A stretch of 64,000 nucleotides of DNA from an uncultured Verrucomicrobiae bacterium (GCA_963815455.1 CAWFGO010000003.1:480001-544000), one strand, 5' to 3'; shown: positions 30,811 through 41,494, counted from the first letter of the stretch. Made by a program: numbers and translations. Notes: a model not told the origin generated them from the sequence alone.

Positions 30811-32409
30811 CTAGGCCTTCTGGCCTTGCGCACCTGGATAGTACGATTGCACAACCAATTCGCTCAAGAACTTATCGGGGGCATCAACCGCCCCGGCATT
30901 TAGCACAAATTTTCCAAGGCCCGTGTTCTTCTGGATCAGGCCCAGCCCAAACTGATATTCCTTAAACAAGTGTCCGCAAAGTTCCGCCATGGTCATACGC
31001 TCTGCTTGAGCGCGCTCGACTAAACGCCGGATTGCCGCGTCGTCGAACACTATTTCGACGCCGTGTTGCTTGGTAAACTGATCGGCATACTGCCGTGCGC
31101 TTGCTTCCAGCGCCTGCGCTTCCTGCTTGTGCCCCTCGGCCATCAGCCGATCCAGCACCCGCCTCGGTTCCCGAACCGTCTCGGCTGTAACCCGCAACTG
31201 GCTCAAGCCGGACCCGGCCAGATGATATTTATAATCGCGGAACAATTTCTCGAACACGGTCAGCAAACCGCGCGCGCCGGTCTTTTCCTTGCCCGCAGCG
31301 GCAGCCAGCAACAAGAGCGCTTCATCCTCGAAGCTGATGTCGATCCCGTAAGCGCGAAAAGCGCGCTCGTATTGTCGAAGCAAGCTGCCTTCGGAAAATC
31401 TCATGATCTTAAAGAGATCGTCGGCATCGAGGTCCTCGCACACCACCCGCACCGGCAACCGGCCGATAAACTCCGGCTCGAACCCGTACTCGACAAAATC
31501 CTGCGTAGTCACGTGCTGGAACAGCTCGTTGTCCATCACATGGACCGGCGAAGCGCTGAACCCGATCTGCCCCTGCCGGACGCGCCGGGCCACTTGTTCT
31601 TTCAATTTCTCGAACGCGCCGCTAACCACGAAGAGAATATGCCGGGTATTGATCGTTTCCCGTTTCGACTTGCCGCGGCGTTGAAACTCGAACGCCGCCT
31701 GCAACTGGGCCTGGAGATCGTTCATGCTTCGCACCGGCACTTCCGTCTCTTCCATTAACTTGAGCAACGTGGTCTGCACCCCTCGTCCGCTCACGTCGCG
31801 ACCGGACAAATTGCTGGCCGACGCAATCTTATCGACCTCGTCGATGTAAATGATCCCGAATTGCGCCAGGTCCACGTCGCCGTCCGCTTTGTGGACCAGT
31901 TCGCGGACCAGATCTTCCACGTCACCGCCCACATAGCCGGTCTCGCTGAACTTCGTCGCATCCGCTTTCACGAACGGCACCTTGATCAGCTCGGCGATAT
32001 GCTTGATCAGATACGTTTTGCCGACACCGGTGGGCCCGACCAAAATCACATTCTGTTTCGCGTATTCGGTTTTTTCCGCCAGAGCCGGGTCCTCCTTCTC
32101 GAGCCGGCGCAGATATTTCGCGTGGTTGTAATGATCGCAAACGGCGATCGAGAGCACCTTTTTCGCTTCCTCCTGTTTGATCACAAACCGGTCGAGATGC
32201 GCCTTGATGTCGCGCGGCAGAAAATTGAACTCGAAGTCCTCGTGCTCGGTCGCGGCCTTTTCCGGCTTCTCCTCCTCGGTCGCCGCAGCCGGCTCGGGCT
32301 GCATAAAAGTCTGGACCGAAACGCGATCGCCGAAGTTCTGTTTCATGAACTCCGAGATCTTGGACTTCAATTCTTCCGGTGAAGGGAAAGGTGGCGGGGT
32401 CGGTTCCAT
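30811..32409 (-). CDS. ClpX-like AAA+ ATPase without N-terminal zinc finger
   Basis: [44 protein letters not shown] loop, TGARGL. Confidence 0.85.
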   Translation of the reverse strand: MEPTPPPFPSPEELKSKISEFMKQNFGDRVSVQTFMQPEPAAATEEEKPEKAATEHEDFEFNFLPRDIKAHLDRFVIKQEEAKKVLSIAVCDHYNHAKYLRRLEKEDPALAEKTEYAKQNVILVGPTGVGKTYLIKHIAELIKVPFVKADATKFSETGYVGGDVEDLVRELVHKADGDVDLAQFGIIYIDEVDKIASASNLSGRDVSGRGVQTTLLKLMEETEVPVRSMNDLQAQLQAAFEFQRRGKSKRETINTRHILFVVSGAFEKLKEQVARRVRQGQIGFSASPVHVMDNELFQHVTTQDFVEYGFEPEFIGRLPVRVVCEDLDADDLFKIMRFSEGSLLRQYERAFRAYGIDISFEDEALLLLAAAAGKEKTGARGLLTVFEKLFRDYKYHLAGSGLSQLRVTAETVREPRRVLDRLMAEGHKQEAQALEASARQYADQFTKQHGVEIVFDDAAIRRLVERAQAERMTMAELCGHLFKEYQFGLGLIQKNTGLGKFVLNAGAVDAPDKFLSELVVQSYYPGAQGQKA

Positions 32410-32580
32410 GTGTCAGGGGCAAACAGTCGTGCAAAAACCTACCATCGCAATAAAAGCTGTAAATTCGACTCTCCGAGCGCAAATTTCGTTCATCCCCGGC
32501 GAGGCATCCGGCGTTGACAGTGGCCTTTCGCGTCCGAAGCCGGGTTGTTGTGATTTTCCTCTCTGGGAGTAACTTTGCCG

Positions 32581-33054
32581 ATGCTTCGCGTGCGCGGGTT
32601 TACGTTGCTGGAGATCGTGCTGGCGGTCGCCATTTTGATGGTGTTACTACTGCTGGCGGTGCCGAGTCTGGATGGCGTGCTATCGGACAGGCATCTCCGG
32701 CGTTCGCTGGATAGCTTTAACGCTCTGGTGCGCCAGGCCCAGGAACGAAGCGTGAACGAGCATCGCGCGTATCTCATCGTCTGGGGGGAAAAGGGGGTCT
32801 TCTTGCGGCCCGAGGGTTTTGCCAAGGGCGAAGAAGAGACTACGACGGCGAATCTCGAGCTGCGGAAGGGAGACGTCTTTAAGTTGTCGCTGCCGGCGGC
32901 GCTGGTGAAGGATCCACCGAGCGAATGGATTTTCTGGCCCTCCGGCACCTGCGAACCGGCGGTGGTGCAATTCACCGGGAAAGACGGAACGTGGACGGCG
33001 AATTACGCGGGCCTGACGGCGCGGGCGGAGATCACGAAGTATGTCGCGAGATAA
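32581..33054 (+). CDS. Type II secretion minor pseudopilin (GspH/FimT-like)
   Basis: RGFTLLEIV prepilin motif; FWPSG. Confidence 0.75.
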   Translation: MLRVRGFTLLEIVLAVAILMVLLLLAVPSLDGVLSDRHLRRSLDSFNALVRQAQERSVNEHRAYLIVWGEKGVFLRPEGFAKGEEETTTANLELRKGDVFKLSLPAALVKDPPSEWIFWPSGTCEPAVVQFTGKDGTWTANYAGLTARAEITKYVAR

Positions 33055-33483
33055 CGAAAAAGAAATTCGAGATTCGAGATTCGAAATTCGAAACTTTTCC
33101 CGCGCCTTCGCCCTTTACGAAGTGCTCATCGGAGTGGCAATTTTTGCCATCGGCGTGCTGGCCATCGGCCGTTCAGTAGAAAATTGTTTGAACGCGAGCA
33201 CCCTCGGCGCCGAGGAAGACCGCGTACGCGAGATTTTGTCGAACCGAATGGCGGAGGTCCAAACCGCGCCCGGTCTTCCCGATGTCTCGGAAAAAAAGAA
33301 GATCGACACCGGCTACGGAATGGTGACTTTGATCCAAAAGAGCGTGCCGGCAAACTTGACCGAACCGGATGGTGCCCGCAAACTAACCGGGATGGTGCTG
33401 GTGACCTTGAAGGCGGAATGGGAGCGCGGCGGCGTGCCGCAATCGGAGGCGATCGAGTTTTATGTTTATCGTTCCGGTCTTAA
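33041..33483 (+). CDS. Minor pseudopilin (GspI-like); end approximate, joined to the next gene by a probable indel
   Basis: RAFALYEVL prepilin-like motif. Confidence 0.65.
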
Positions 33484-34094
33484 TTCCGCGGGCCGGCGCG
33501 CCTTTACGCTGCTCGAGGTGACCCTGGCGGTGGTGATCCTCGGGATGATGGCGCTGGTGATTTATCGTTTCGTCCAGATAAACATCGTAGCGATACGAAT
33601 TTCCGCGGAGACGACCGCGGCGGATGCGCAATACTCCGGACTGCGGGATCTCTTGCAGCGCAATGGCAGAGTCTGCCCCCGGGCAAAGGTGCGATGACCG
33701 GCGAGCCAGGCAAGTTGGAACGATCGCGCGCGGGATGAGATTCGGTGGACGTGCGGGCCCGGGCCGGGGTTGCTGACGCGATATGCGCCGGGCGATTTTG
33801 CCGTCTGGTTGCGTCTGAAACCGGAGGATAAAAACAGCAAACAGCTGGATCTTGGGGTCTTGCGGCGGCCGCTGGCCGAACCCGGTCTGGTTCACGAACA
33901 CGATACCTGGGTGCCGTTAATTAAGAACGTTGGCAGCCTTAAGATCCGTTATTTCGATCCGCGCTTGAATGTCGTGGGTGGAGCGGTGGAGCGACACTTT
34001 GCTGTTGCCCCGGCTGGTGAAACTGACCGTGGGTCGCAACGATGCCAATGCGCCGTGGGAAGTGATCATCCCGCTCGGGCGCACCCCGTATTGA
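33462..34094 (+). CDS. Minor pseudopilin (GspJ-like), frameshifted
   Basis: RAFTLLEVTL; ...KIRYFDPRLN/WVERWSD...LPRLVKLT pieces across frames. Confidence 0.7.
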
Positions 34095-34096
34095 CG

Positions 34097-35024
34097 ATGT
34101 CAATGTTAACGAGACGCTGTCAGAAAGGCCAGAAATCGCGCGGCGCGGCGATCATGCTCGCGCTCTGGGCGCTTTTCCTGCTCAGCGCAATGGTCATTTC
34201 CTGGGCGCTCGATATTAATGCAAGGCTCTCGCTGGCCGGAAACGCCAGCCGGGTTCTGGAAGCCGAAGCCATGGCCTGCTCAGGCGCGGAAGTTGCGCTG
34301 CATCCTCTCATCAAGACCGACTCCCCCAATTTGCACAGGAACATTGGGCGGAAAAATTATGAAGCGCGCATTACCGGCGAAGGAGGCCGTTTGAACATCA
34401 ACTGGATCGTGGCCGGGGAAGACCCAACCCGGCTGGAAATTCTGCGCCGATACCTGGAGCAAAAAGGGATCGATTTGAACGAACGCGAGCACATGATGGA
34501 TTGCCTGCTCGACTGGGTGGACGCCGACGATCTGGTGCGATTGAACGGCGCCGAAGCAAGCGACGATTATCGTCCGGCCAATGCGCTGCTTACGCGCATC
34601 GACGAACTCAAGAACGTGAAAGGCTGGGAGGAATTCACCTCCAACCCCGGGTGGGACGACGATCTTACGGTCAACAGTTCCGGACCGATCGATGTGACCT
34701 GGGCCTCGCGCGATGTGCTGCTCGCGTTGCCGGGGATGACCGAGGGCCTGGTCGATCGGTTCCTGGAATTGCGGCGCGGTCAGGATGGAATCGATGGAAC
34801 GGATGACGACATGCAATTCAAGAAGTGGGACGACGTTCGGTACCGCGCTCGGCCTCTCCCCGGACCAATTCAAACAGCTGCAGCCGGGCGTTTTGATCGC
34901 GCTAAAAGATCCATTTTATCGAGTTGTTAGCGTCGGAAAATCGGGCAACGCGCGGCGAACTGTGCAATTAGTCTTCCAGCGCACGGGCGCTACGCCTCAA
35001 TTGCGCACCTGGAAGGAGTTTTAA
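34097..35024 (+). CDS. gspK: GspK-like pseudopilin; frameshift near 34840
   Basis: RGAAIMLALW, EGGRLNIN, LLDWVDAD, DELKNVKG, IDVTWAS. Confidence 0.8.
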
Positions 35025-35133
35025 TATCGAAGCAGGATCGACATCCGTTTTCATTACGCCGACCGCGCACGGCTGGAATTTCCTCCGTTCGACCGACCTG
35101 AACGGGACGTGGGACGTTCGGTCGCTTCGCACT

Positions 35134-36261
35134 TTGGAAGAAGCCGTGCCGCTAATGAAAGCGGAGGACGATTTCGTGCTTGGTCTTCCTCTTTCCGCGG
35201 TTCTCGCTCAGCGCATTCATTTGCCTACAGCCGATCCGGCGGAATTTGCGGAAATGGTCCGTCTCCAAATTGAAAAAGCGCTGCCGTATTCGTCTGAGGA
35301 AGTGACAACCGATTTCGAAGTGATCGAGCAAGGCGAGAACGGTTGCGTCGTTTCTGCCGTCGCGGTTCACAACGGACGGCTGTCCGAGATGGCCGCGCCG
35401 TTGCTGGAGCGCGGTTTCATCCCGCGGCAGGTGACCGTTTATGCCGCTCAACGCGGCAGCACGCACGCGCCTAAGGGCAACGCCCTTCTCATTTACCCCG
35501 AAGGCGAGGAACTGGTTTCGGCCATGACGGAAAACGGCAAGGTGAGCCTCACCCGAACATTCGAGGGTGTGGAACCGCAGAACCTGCAAATGGAATTGCC
35601 GCAATTGACCTTGAGCGCGGAATTGCAAGGGATCAATGCCGGGGCTTCGAGCGTGTTTCTCGACGAAACCTGTTATGACTTGCGCGATACGGTGCAGGGA
35701 ATTTTGTCCAGTTTGCCCTCGATCGTGGGAGTGGAAAGACCCCCGGCCACGGTCAAGCTCAATCTCCTGCCGGAGAGCTGGCGGCAGCGCAAAGCGAAAC
35801 TCGCCAGGCAAGGCGAGTGGCGCAAACGGCTTCTTTGGGCCGGCGGCGCTTATGCCGGCCTCTTCTTTCTTTTGCTGGCCTTGCTCGGTTTCTTCCGGTT
35901 CGAGATTTCGCGGCTCGGTCGAACCATCGCGCGCAACGAACCGCAGATCCAATTCGTCCGCAGCGCCGAAGCGAGCTGGAAAGCGCTTCAACCGGCCATC
36001 GACACGCGTTATTACCCGGTCGAAATTTTGCTTCATCTTTTCCAGAGCCTCCCTTCAACAGATGTGCGCATCACTGCTTACAACCAATCCGCTCGGCAAA
36101 TTTCCGTCGACGGCGAGGCCAACACCGCGCAACTGGCCTACGATTTCGCCGAGAAAGTGAAAAAGGATCCGGCCCTGCAAATTTTCCAATTCAATATGGC
36201 CGATCCGCGGATTCTGCCGAACGGCCACGCCCAATTTCGACTGGAGGGACGCCCCCGATGA
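35134..36261 (+). CDS. GspL/PilM-PilN-like assembly platform protein; frame open upstream, start uncertain
   Basis: Actin-like N-part (LQIEKALPY), LNLLPESW, a TM helix, then a periplasmic part; operon position. Confidence 0.65.
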   Translation: MEEAVPLMKAEDDFVLGLPLSAVLAQRIHLPTADPAEFAEMVRLQIEKALPYSSEEVTTDFEVIEQGENGCVVSAVAVHNGRLSEMAAPLLERGFIPRQVTVYAAQRGSTHAPKGNALLIYPEGEELVSAMTENGKVSLTRTFEGVEPQNLQMELPQLTLSAELQGINAGASSVFLDETCYDLRDTVQGILSSLPSIVGVERPPATVKLNLLPESWRQRKAKLARQGEWRKRLLWAGGAYAGLFFLLLALLGFFRFEISRLGRTIARNEPQIQFVRSAEASWKALQPAIDTRYYPVEILLHLFQSLPSTDVRITAYNQSARQISVDGEANTAQLAYDFAEKVKKDPALQIFQFNMADPRILPNGHAQFRLEGRPR

Positions 36262-36818
36262 CTGTCACGGCCTGGTACGAAAAATTGAGCCGCCGCGAAC
36301 GCCTTTTGTCGTTGACCGTGGCGAGTCTTGTTTTCGTGGTGCTCAATCTCCTGATCTGGAGCTGGCTTTTCGGCGCGCTTGGCCGCGCCCGGACCGAGCT
36401 CGCAGAACGCAAATCGACGCGTGCCCAGCAGGCCGTTTACATGCAAGAGCGCGATCTCTGGGTAAAACGGGAGGAGTGGATCAAAAAACATCAACCTGTC
36501 CTCACCGGACCGGGCGAAGCCTCAAAACTCCTGGAAGATCACATCAAGCCGGTCGCCGCGAAGCATAATGTTTTGCTCGAAAACCCGCAGATCGGCTCGG
36601 GCGAAACTACGCCTTATCATCTGACCGTTTTCACTTCCCTGGAAACAAAGAGCCCATGGCCGGCGCTCGTGCATTTTCTCTATGATGTTCAGCAGCCGGA
36701 GAAATTTGTCGTGCTTGAAAGTGTGATGCTTTCGATCGATTCAAATGATCCCACAATGATGCATGGAAAATTCAAGATTGCGCGGTGGTTTGCCCCCGCT
36801 CAACGTAAGAAAGGATGA
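36258..36818 (+). CDS. GspM/PilO-like protein
   Basis: WYEKLSRRERLL plus TM, LVHFLYDVQ; ATGA overlap with upstream gene. Confidence 0.65.
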   Translation: MTVTAWYEKLSRRERLLSLTVASLVFVVLNLLIWSWLFGALGRARTELAERKSTRAQQAVYMQERDLWVKREEWIKKHQPVLTGPGEASKLLEDHIKPVAAKHNVLLENPQIGSGETTPYHLTVFTSLETKSPWPALVHFLYDVQQPEKFVVLESVMLSIDSNDPTMMHGKFKIARWFAPAQRKKG

Positions 36819-37390
36819 TTATGAAACGCTGCCTGCTTTCGCTGTCGATCCTGGCCACGTCCGTCGCGACGATTTGTCGAGCGGACGATGTCATTCCAAA
36901 ACGCACCGATTTTAGCCGTTACGCGGCGATGGTGGAGCATTCGCCGTTTGCCGTGGCCAGCGCTCCGGTCCAGGCGTCAACGACACCATCCTGGTCGAAG
37001 GACCTTTTCATCGCCAACGCAGCCCACATGCCCGAGGCCGATTTGATCACGATCATGTCGTTGTCGGACAAGAACCTGAAAGAATATGTTTCCACTGACG
37101 AGCCAAACGAACACGGCTATGGCATCGCCAGTATTGAATGGTCGGACAATCCGGGCGCAACCAAAGTCACCATTAGCAAGGATGGCCAATTCGCGACTCT
37201 CGGGTTTAACGAAGCGGTGATGGCCCAGCCGCCGATGATTCCTAACGCGCCTCCGCCGCGCAATATTCCCGGGATTAAACCAGCGACGCCGCCGACCTTG
37301 CCCGCGCCCCATGTGCGCGGCGTGATTCAAAGAAAACCGTCGCAGCCTTCCCCGCCAAACAGTGGGCCGGTGACCGCGCCCGAATCCTGA
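36815..37390 (+). CDS. Exported Pro-rich protein, possibly GspC-like
   Basis: Signal peptide, SPF motif, Pro-rich tail; last gene of the operon. Confidence 0.5.
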   Translation: MIMKRCLLSLSILATSVATICRADDVIPKRTDFSRYAAMVEHSPFAVASAPVQASTTPSWSKDLFIANAAHMPEADLITIMSLSDKNLKEYVSTDEPNEHGYGIASIEWSDNPGATKVTISKDGQFATLGFNEAVMAQPPMIPNAPPPRNIPGIKPATPPTLPAPHVRGVIQRKPSQPSPPNSGPVTAPES

Positions 37391-37408
37391 TTGTTAATTT
37401 ATAGCGTT

Positions 37409-37826
37409 CTAATCGCCCCAATCGTCGTCAGCGGTATCGGGAGTCCGGTCCGGACCCGCGGAAAAAAGATCGTAGCCTTGCGGATGTTTGAGTCCCGGAC
37501 AGCGATAAATGTAAGGGTTCTGCCATGGATCTTTGGGCACCTCCTTGAACAATTGATACCAGCGCGATGGCCGCGGTTCGCTGTCCATCCTGGTCACTAA
37601 CGCTTCCAAGCCCTGATCGGTACCTGGGAAAGAATCCATTCATGCTTTCATACAAGTTCAGTTGCGTCCCAATGGATTGAATATCTGCTTTAACCCCCAC
37701 GCCTTTCGCGAACCCCAGGGGATTGCCGATCTTCGTGATCGCCAGTCCTAAAAGGACCACGATGATGCTCACCACGATCATGATCTCGAGCAGGGTGAAG
37801 CCTTGCTGATGTTTCTTCGTCGTCAT
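37409..37826 (-). CDS. gspG: Major pseudopilin GspG; frameshift near 37622
   Basis: QGFTLLEIMIV; TDQGLEALV, PKDPWQNPYIYRCPG, SAGPD. Confidence 0.88.
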
Positions 37827-37847
37827 TCCGATCCCCTTTTCCGTTTC

Positions 37848-38914
37848 TTACTGCCCCGTCTTCAGCAGGTAATCTGATTTGTCCCAGAGATACTTCAATT
37901 GAATTTGCGTTGCCGAATAGCCGAACCCGACGCGTTCGCGCCGTTCAAAATGATCAAGTCGTTGTTCCCAGCTTTTAAGCTGGAGGCCGGCACGATTTTC
38001 TGCGCCCGGAGCCAGCCCGTGTATTGAAAGTGCATTTGCTTCACCAATGGTTCCATTTCGCCGCGATAACCGGGATCAGCCAGCTCGGGCAATGCCAATG
38101 AGACAGGCCCAACGTCCGCGCCGTTCAGATAGACCTCGGGCGGCGAATCGATCCGCGGACTGGCGATCTCGAACGTGAGCACCGCCAGCAACGGCTGCGA
38201 TTCAATCCCGAACTGGAACACCGCCCCCTCTTGAATATCCGGTCCGATCCGAATCGCGTCGGCGGCCAGCGTGGCCGTCACCGTCCCAAATTGCTCGACG
38301 TCCTGCTCGGGCACATGCAACGGCGGCACCGCCGAGAACGGTTCCGGAATCACGTCGCGATGTTCGGCCTTCAACGGGTGGACGACCTCGCTGCTCGTCA
38401 TCCAGTCGAGATAGGCGCCCCGTACCGTTTTTCCGTCTCCGGGTACTTCGATGTCGATGGTCGATATGCCAAACATTGGGATCATCACCGAATCGGAGCT
38501 GGGCAGATTGATTCCCGACCCGAGCTGGCCGGAACGCAGTATTTGCGTTCCCGATTCGTCCCATGCGATCAACTCGGGGCGCGCATCTGGTTTGTCGTCG
38601 AAGAACAATCGGAAGAAGAGAACCTGATAATCGGGTCCGGGCTGCGAAACGCGGATGCGAAAGACACTCTTGGAAATCCCCTCCCCGGCCCCCTTAACCG
38701 AACTGAGTCCGACCGCTTCCACCCAGCGCGGGGCGCTTTGTGGTTTGGAATTGGCCGGCGCGTGCTGGCGTAAATCGAGCCAGGCGCTTTCCGGACGCGC
38801 CGTTGTCGATCCGGCATCTCCCGATACAGGCAAGGCGTCGCTGAAGGCGACCTGGGCGTGAAGAGAAGACGTTGCGCCCAGCAGAAGAACGGCCGCAACA
38901 AGGCGAGGAACCAT
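37848..38914 (-). CDS. Secreted hypothetical protein; frameshift near 37913
   Basis: Signal peptide; C-terminus continues ATQIQLKYLWDKSDYLLKTGQ* in a shifted frame. Confidence 0.65.
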
Positions 38915-38932
38915 TAAGCTGTCGAGAGTACC

Positions 38933-40186
38933 CTAGTGCGGGCGAACCTGCAAACTCTTTGTCATCTCGAATACTGCCGAGAGAATGCTGTAAACCACCA
39001 GCCCGATCACGATCGCGATCACGGCGATAATGATTGGCGGGATCAGTTGAGAAATCACCGAACTGGTCCGGTCGAGCTCGCGTTCGTAAACATCCGCGAT
39101 CGTTTGCATCGTCTCTACGAAATGTCCGGTCTGTTCTCCAACCGCCATCATGTCAGTAAACAAATCCGGAAACAATTTTTGACTCGTTAACGCGGCCGAG
39201 AGCGTGGCGCCGTCGATCACGGCGCGCCGAACTTCTGCCATTTTCACTTCCAAAAATCGATTGCTCGCGATTTCGGTGACCAGATCGAGCGAGCGAAGCA
39301 GAGGCACGCCATTTTCCATCAGTGTCCCCAATGTGCGGGCGAATTGCGCATAATAGCGGTGGCGGATCACGCGGCCGTAACCCGGAATAACAAGACGAAA
39401 ACGGTCCCAGGCGATTCGTCCTTCATCGGTTCGCACAAACGCTCTAAACCCGACCATTCCTCCTACGACAACGAGCGCGCCAACCCACCAGTAGCCGGTA
39501 ACAAGATGGTTAATCTGGATCAACAGTCGCGTGGCAAACGGGAGCGAACTGCCCGTTTGCGTCTGCGCCATGAACCCGACGAGCTTCGGCACCATGAAGG
39601 TAATAAAGATCGTGATCAAAGCGATGCCCGCGACGGCAAGGAACGCCGGATAAATAAGCGCCTGCTGCACGCGATCGCGAAGATCTCGCGCCTGGCTCAA
39701 GTGTTTCACCACCCGTTGCAAAATATCCGGGAGCGCGCCGCTCGCTTCGCCCGCCGCCACCATGTTCACGTACAACGGCGGAAAAATTCGCGGGAACTCG
39801 CGCAGCGCTTGCGAGAAACTGCGCCCATCGACAAGGGCCTGGTGAAGCGAGTGCGTCATCTGTTGCACCCGTGGCTGTTTGATCCGTTTCTCCAGGATCG
39901 ACAACCCCTCGTCCAGCGTCATGCCCGCGCGAAGCAAGTGCCCGAGTTGCTCGGTAAACACCAGTACCTGCCCATGCGGAATTTTCAGATTCTGCGTCGG
40001 GGACGCGGCGGCGGCCGCCCCGTTTTGCCGGGCCACGGCCGGATCCGCCCCCACGATGTCTACCCGAATCGGGATATACTTCTGTTGCTCGATCTGACGA
40101 ATGGCGACGGATCGATCCGGGCAATCCAATATCCCTTCGACCAGGGCCCCCTGCGCATCCCGCGCCCGATAAGCAAACTGTGGCAT
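38933..40186 (-). CDS. gspF: Type II secretion F family protein (GspF/PilC)
   Basis: MPQFAYRA, FTEQLGHLLRAG, YVNMVAAGEASG, LIYP, VGEQTG. Confidence 0.92.
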   Translation of the reverse strand: MPQFAYRARDAQGALVEGILDCPDRSVAIRQIEQQKYIPIRVDIVGADPAVARQNGAAAAASPTQNLKIPHGQVLVFTEQLGHLLRAGMTLDEGLSILEKRIKQPRVQQMTHSLHQALVDGRSFSQALREFPRIFPPLYVNMVAAGEASGALPDILQRVVKHLSQARDLRDRVQQALIYPAFLAVAGIALITIFITFMVPKLVGFMAQTQTGSSLPFATRLLIQINHLVTGYWWVGALVVVGGMVGFRAFVRTDEGRIAWDRFRLVIPGYGRVIRHRYYAQFARTLGTLMENGVPLLRSLDLVTEIASNRFLEVKMAEVRRAVIDGATLSAALTSQKLFPDLFTDMMAVGEQTGHFVETMQTIADVYERELDRTSSVISQLIPPIIIAVIAIVIGLVVYSILSAVFEMTKSLQVRPH

Positions 40187-40280
40187 CGGCGTCGAAAATA
40201 ATCTGAAACCGGAAAACTGCATCGATTCTTTCTATCGACAGCGAACCGGCCGTCTGGCTAGGATCGACATCGTCGTCGTC

Positions 40281-40700
40281 ATGAATACGCTTCGCGCTGC
40301 GTTTGTTCCCGGGCTTATCGCCGGTGTCGTGTCCATCTTTACCAGCTGGCTTTGGATGGGCGTTATCTTTCACCGCTATCAACGCGAGACGCCCGAAACG
40401 TGGCGACCCGAAGGCGCGAGGAGCTATTTAGGCGCGAGTCTGCTTCACTTGCTCGCCGCAATCGGGATCGCTTGTCTATTTACACTAGTTGTTCGCTTCA
40501 ACGTTGGCGTTTTCGCGCTCGGCTTCGGCGGAAGCATTTATTTCGCCATATGCATCTGGGGCGCGCTGGCTCTGCCCATTCTTATCGAGTCCGCGCTCTT
40601 CATTCGGCTCCATACCCTGGTCGTTCTCGGTCAACTTCTCGACTGGCTCACCACTGCGCTCCTGGCCTGTGTCATTACCGCCTGGTGGCTAGGGCGCTGA
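40281..40700 (+). CDS. Small 4-TM membrane protein (DUF1761-like)
   Basis: 139 aa, four hydrophobic segments. Confidence 0.6.
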   Translation: MNTLRAAFVPGLIAGVVSIFTSWLWMGVIFHRYQRETPETWRPEGARSYLGASLLHLLAAIGIACLFTLVVRFNVGVFALGFGGSIYFAICIWGALALPILIESALFIRLHTLVVLGQLLDWLTTALLACVITAWWLGR

Positions 40701-40738
40701 GCTTCCCCGGCGTCGGCGAAAAAAGGAATTGCCTAAAA

Positions 40739-40754
40739 TGGCACGTTTGGTGCA
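40739..40754 (+). promoter_or_regulatory. Putative sigma-54 promoter
   Basis: TGGCACGTTTGGTGCA: GG-N10-GC with a TGGCAC -24 box. Confidence 0.55.
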
Positions 40755-40771
40755 AAATAATGATTGAAATT

Positions 40772-40951
40772 ATGAGAATTACCATTGTTTCCCTCCTCGT
40801 TACCCTGGCGTTTTCATCCCCTGCCTTTGCCATCCTGCGCCCCCGTTTCCCGATCAAGCCCCACGCGCCCTATCGCGGACAGGTCGCTATCATCGACGAC
40901 GACTCGCTCAAAAGCCCGCCGAAGAATTCTCCGTTCCAAGCATCGAGATAA
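40772..40951 (+). CDS. Small secreted protein (59 aa)
   Basis: MRITIVSLLVTLAFSSPAFA signal peptide, then ILRPRFPIKPHAPY... Confidence 0.55.
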   Translation: MRITIVSLLVTLAFSSPAFAILRPRFPIKPHAPYRGQVAIIDDDSLKSPPKNSPFQASR

Positions 40952-41040
40952 CGGAGCAACATCCAGGCACGTCCCTCCGGCAAAACGGCTCTCAGCTCCA
41001 GCGGCAAATCGAAGATCGCCGATCAAAAATCGAAAATGTA

Positions 41041-41330
41041 GTGAGGCAGGGGCGGGAATGGAGCCGGCGGGAGCCGAGCGACATAGACGAAGCCCCGTCA
41101 GGGGTGAGGTCGCCGGGCGGCGACCGAATCAATCGAACCTAAACGTGGAACGAAATTTAGTTGTCAACAAGGACCGAGCGTGATGTGGAGGCGGGGGCGG
41201 GAATGGAGCCGGCGGGAGCCGAGCGACATAGACGAAGCCCCGTCAGGGGTGAGGTCGCCGGGCGGCGACCGAATCAATCGAACCTAAACGTGGAACGAAA
41301 TTTGGTTGTCAACAAGGACCGAGCGTGATG
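41041..41330 (-). repeat. Two 145-bp tandem repeats, each carrying the tRNA-Cys 3' end
   Basis: Units start at 41041 and 41186, tRNA at 41331; near-identical sequence. Confidence 0.92.
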
Positions 41331-41405
41331 TGGAGGCGGGGGCGGGAATCGAACCCGCGAATAGCGGTTTTGCAGACCGCAGCCTTACCACTTGGCTACC
41401 CCGCC
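41331..41405 (-). tRNA. tRNA-Cys(GCA)
   Basis: GGCGGGGTAGCCAAGTGGTAAGGCTGCGGTCTGCAAAACCGCTATTCGCGGGTTCGATTCCCGCCCCCGCCTCCA; encoded CCA. Confidence 0.95.
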
Positions 41406-41429
41406 GACGCTAAGGGAGAGAATTATCGT

Positions 41430-41455
41430 TGTAGCGGCGCTTGTATCAAGCGCCG
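41430..41455 (+). repeat. Single GTAG REP
   Basis: TGTAG-CGGCGCTTG-TAT-CAAGCGCCG. Confidence 0.75.
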
Positions 41456-41494
41456 AAGCTAAATAAATAGGCGATTGGCCCACGCGCCTCTACA

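Noticed and set aside
33041..33697. Tandem double-pseudopilin (GspI-GspJ) fusion
   Set aside because: An internal prepilin motif needs its own N-terminus; an overlapping ATG at 33462 and nearby indels suggest a sequence error.
41041..41330. CRISPR array
   Set aside because: The units are identical throughout with no unique spacers, contain tRNA sequence, and no cas genes are present.
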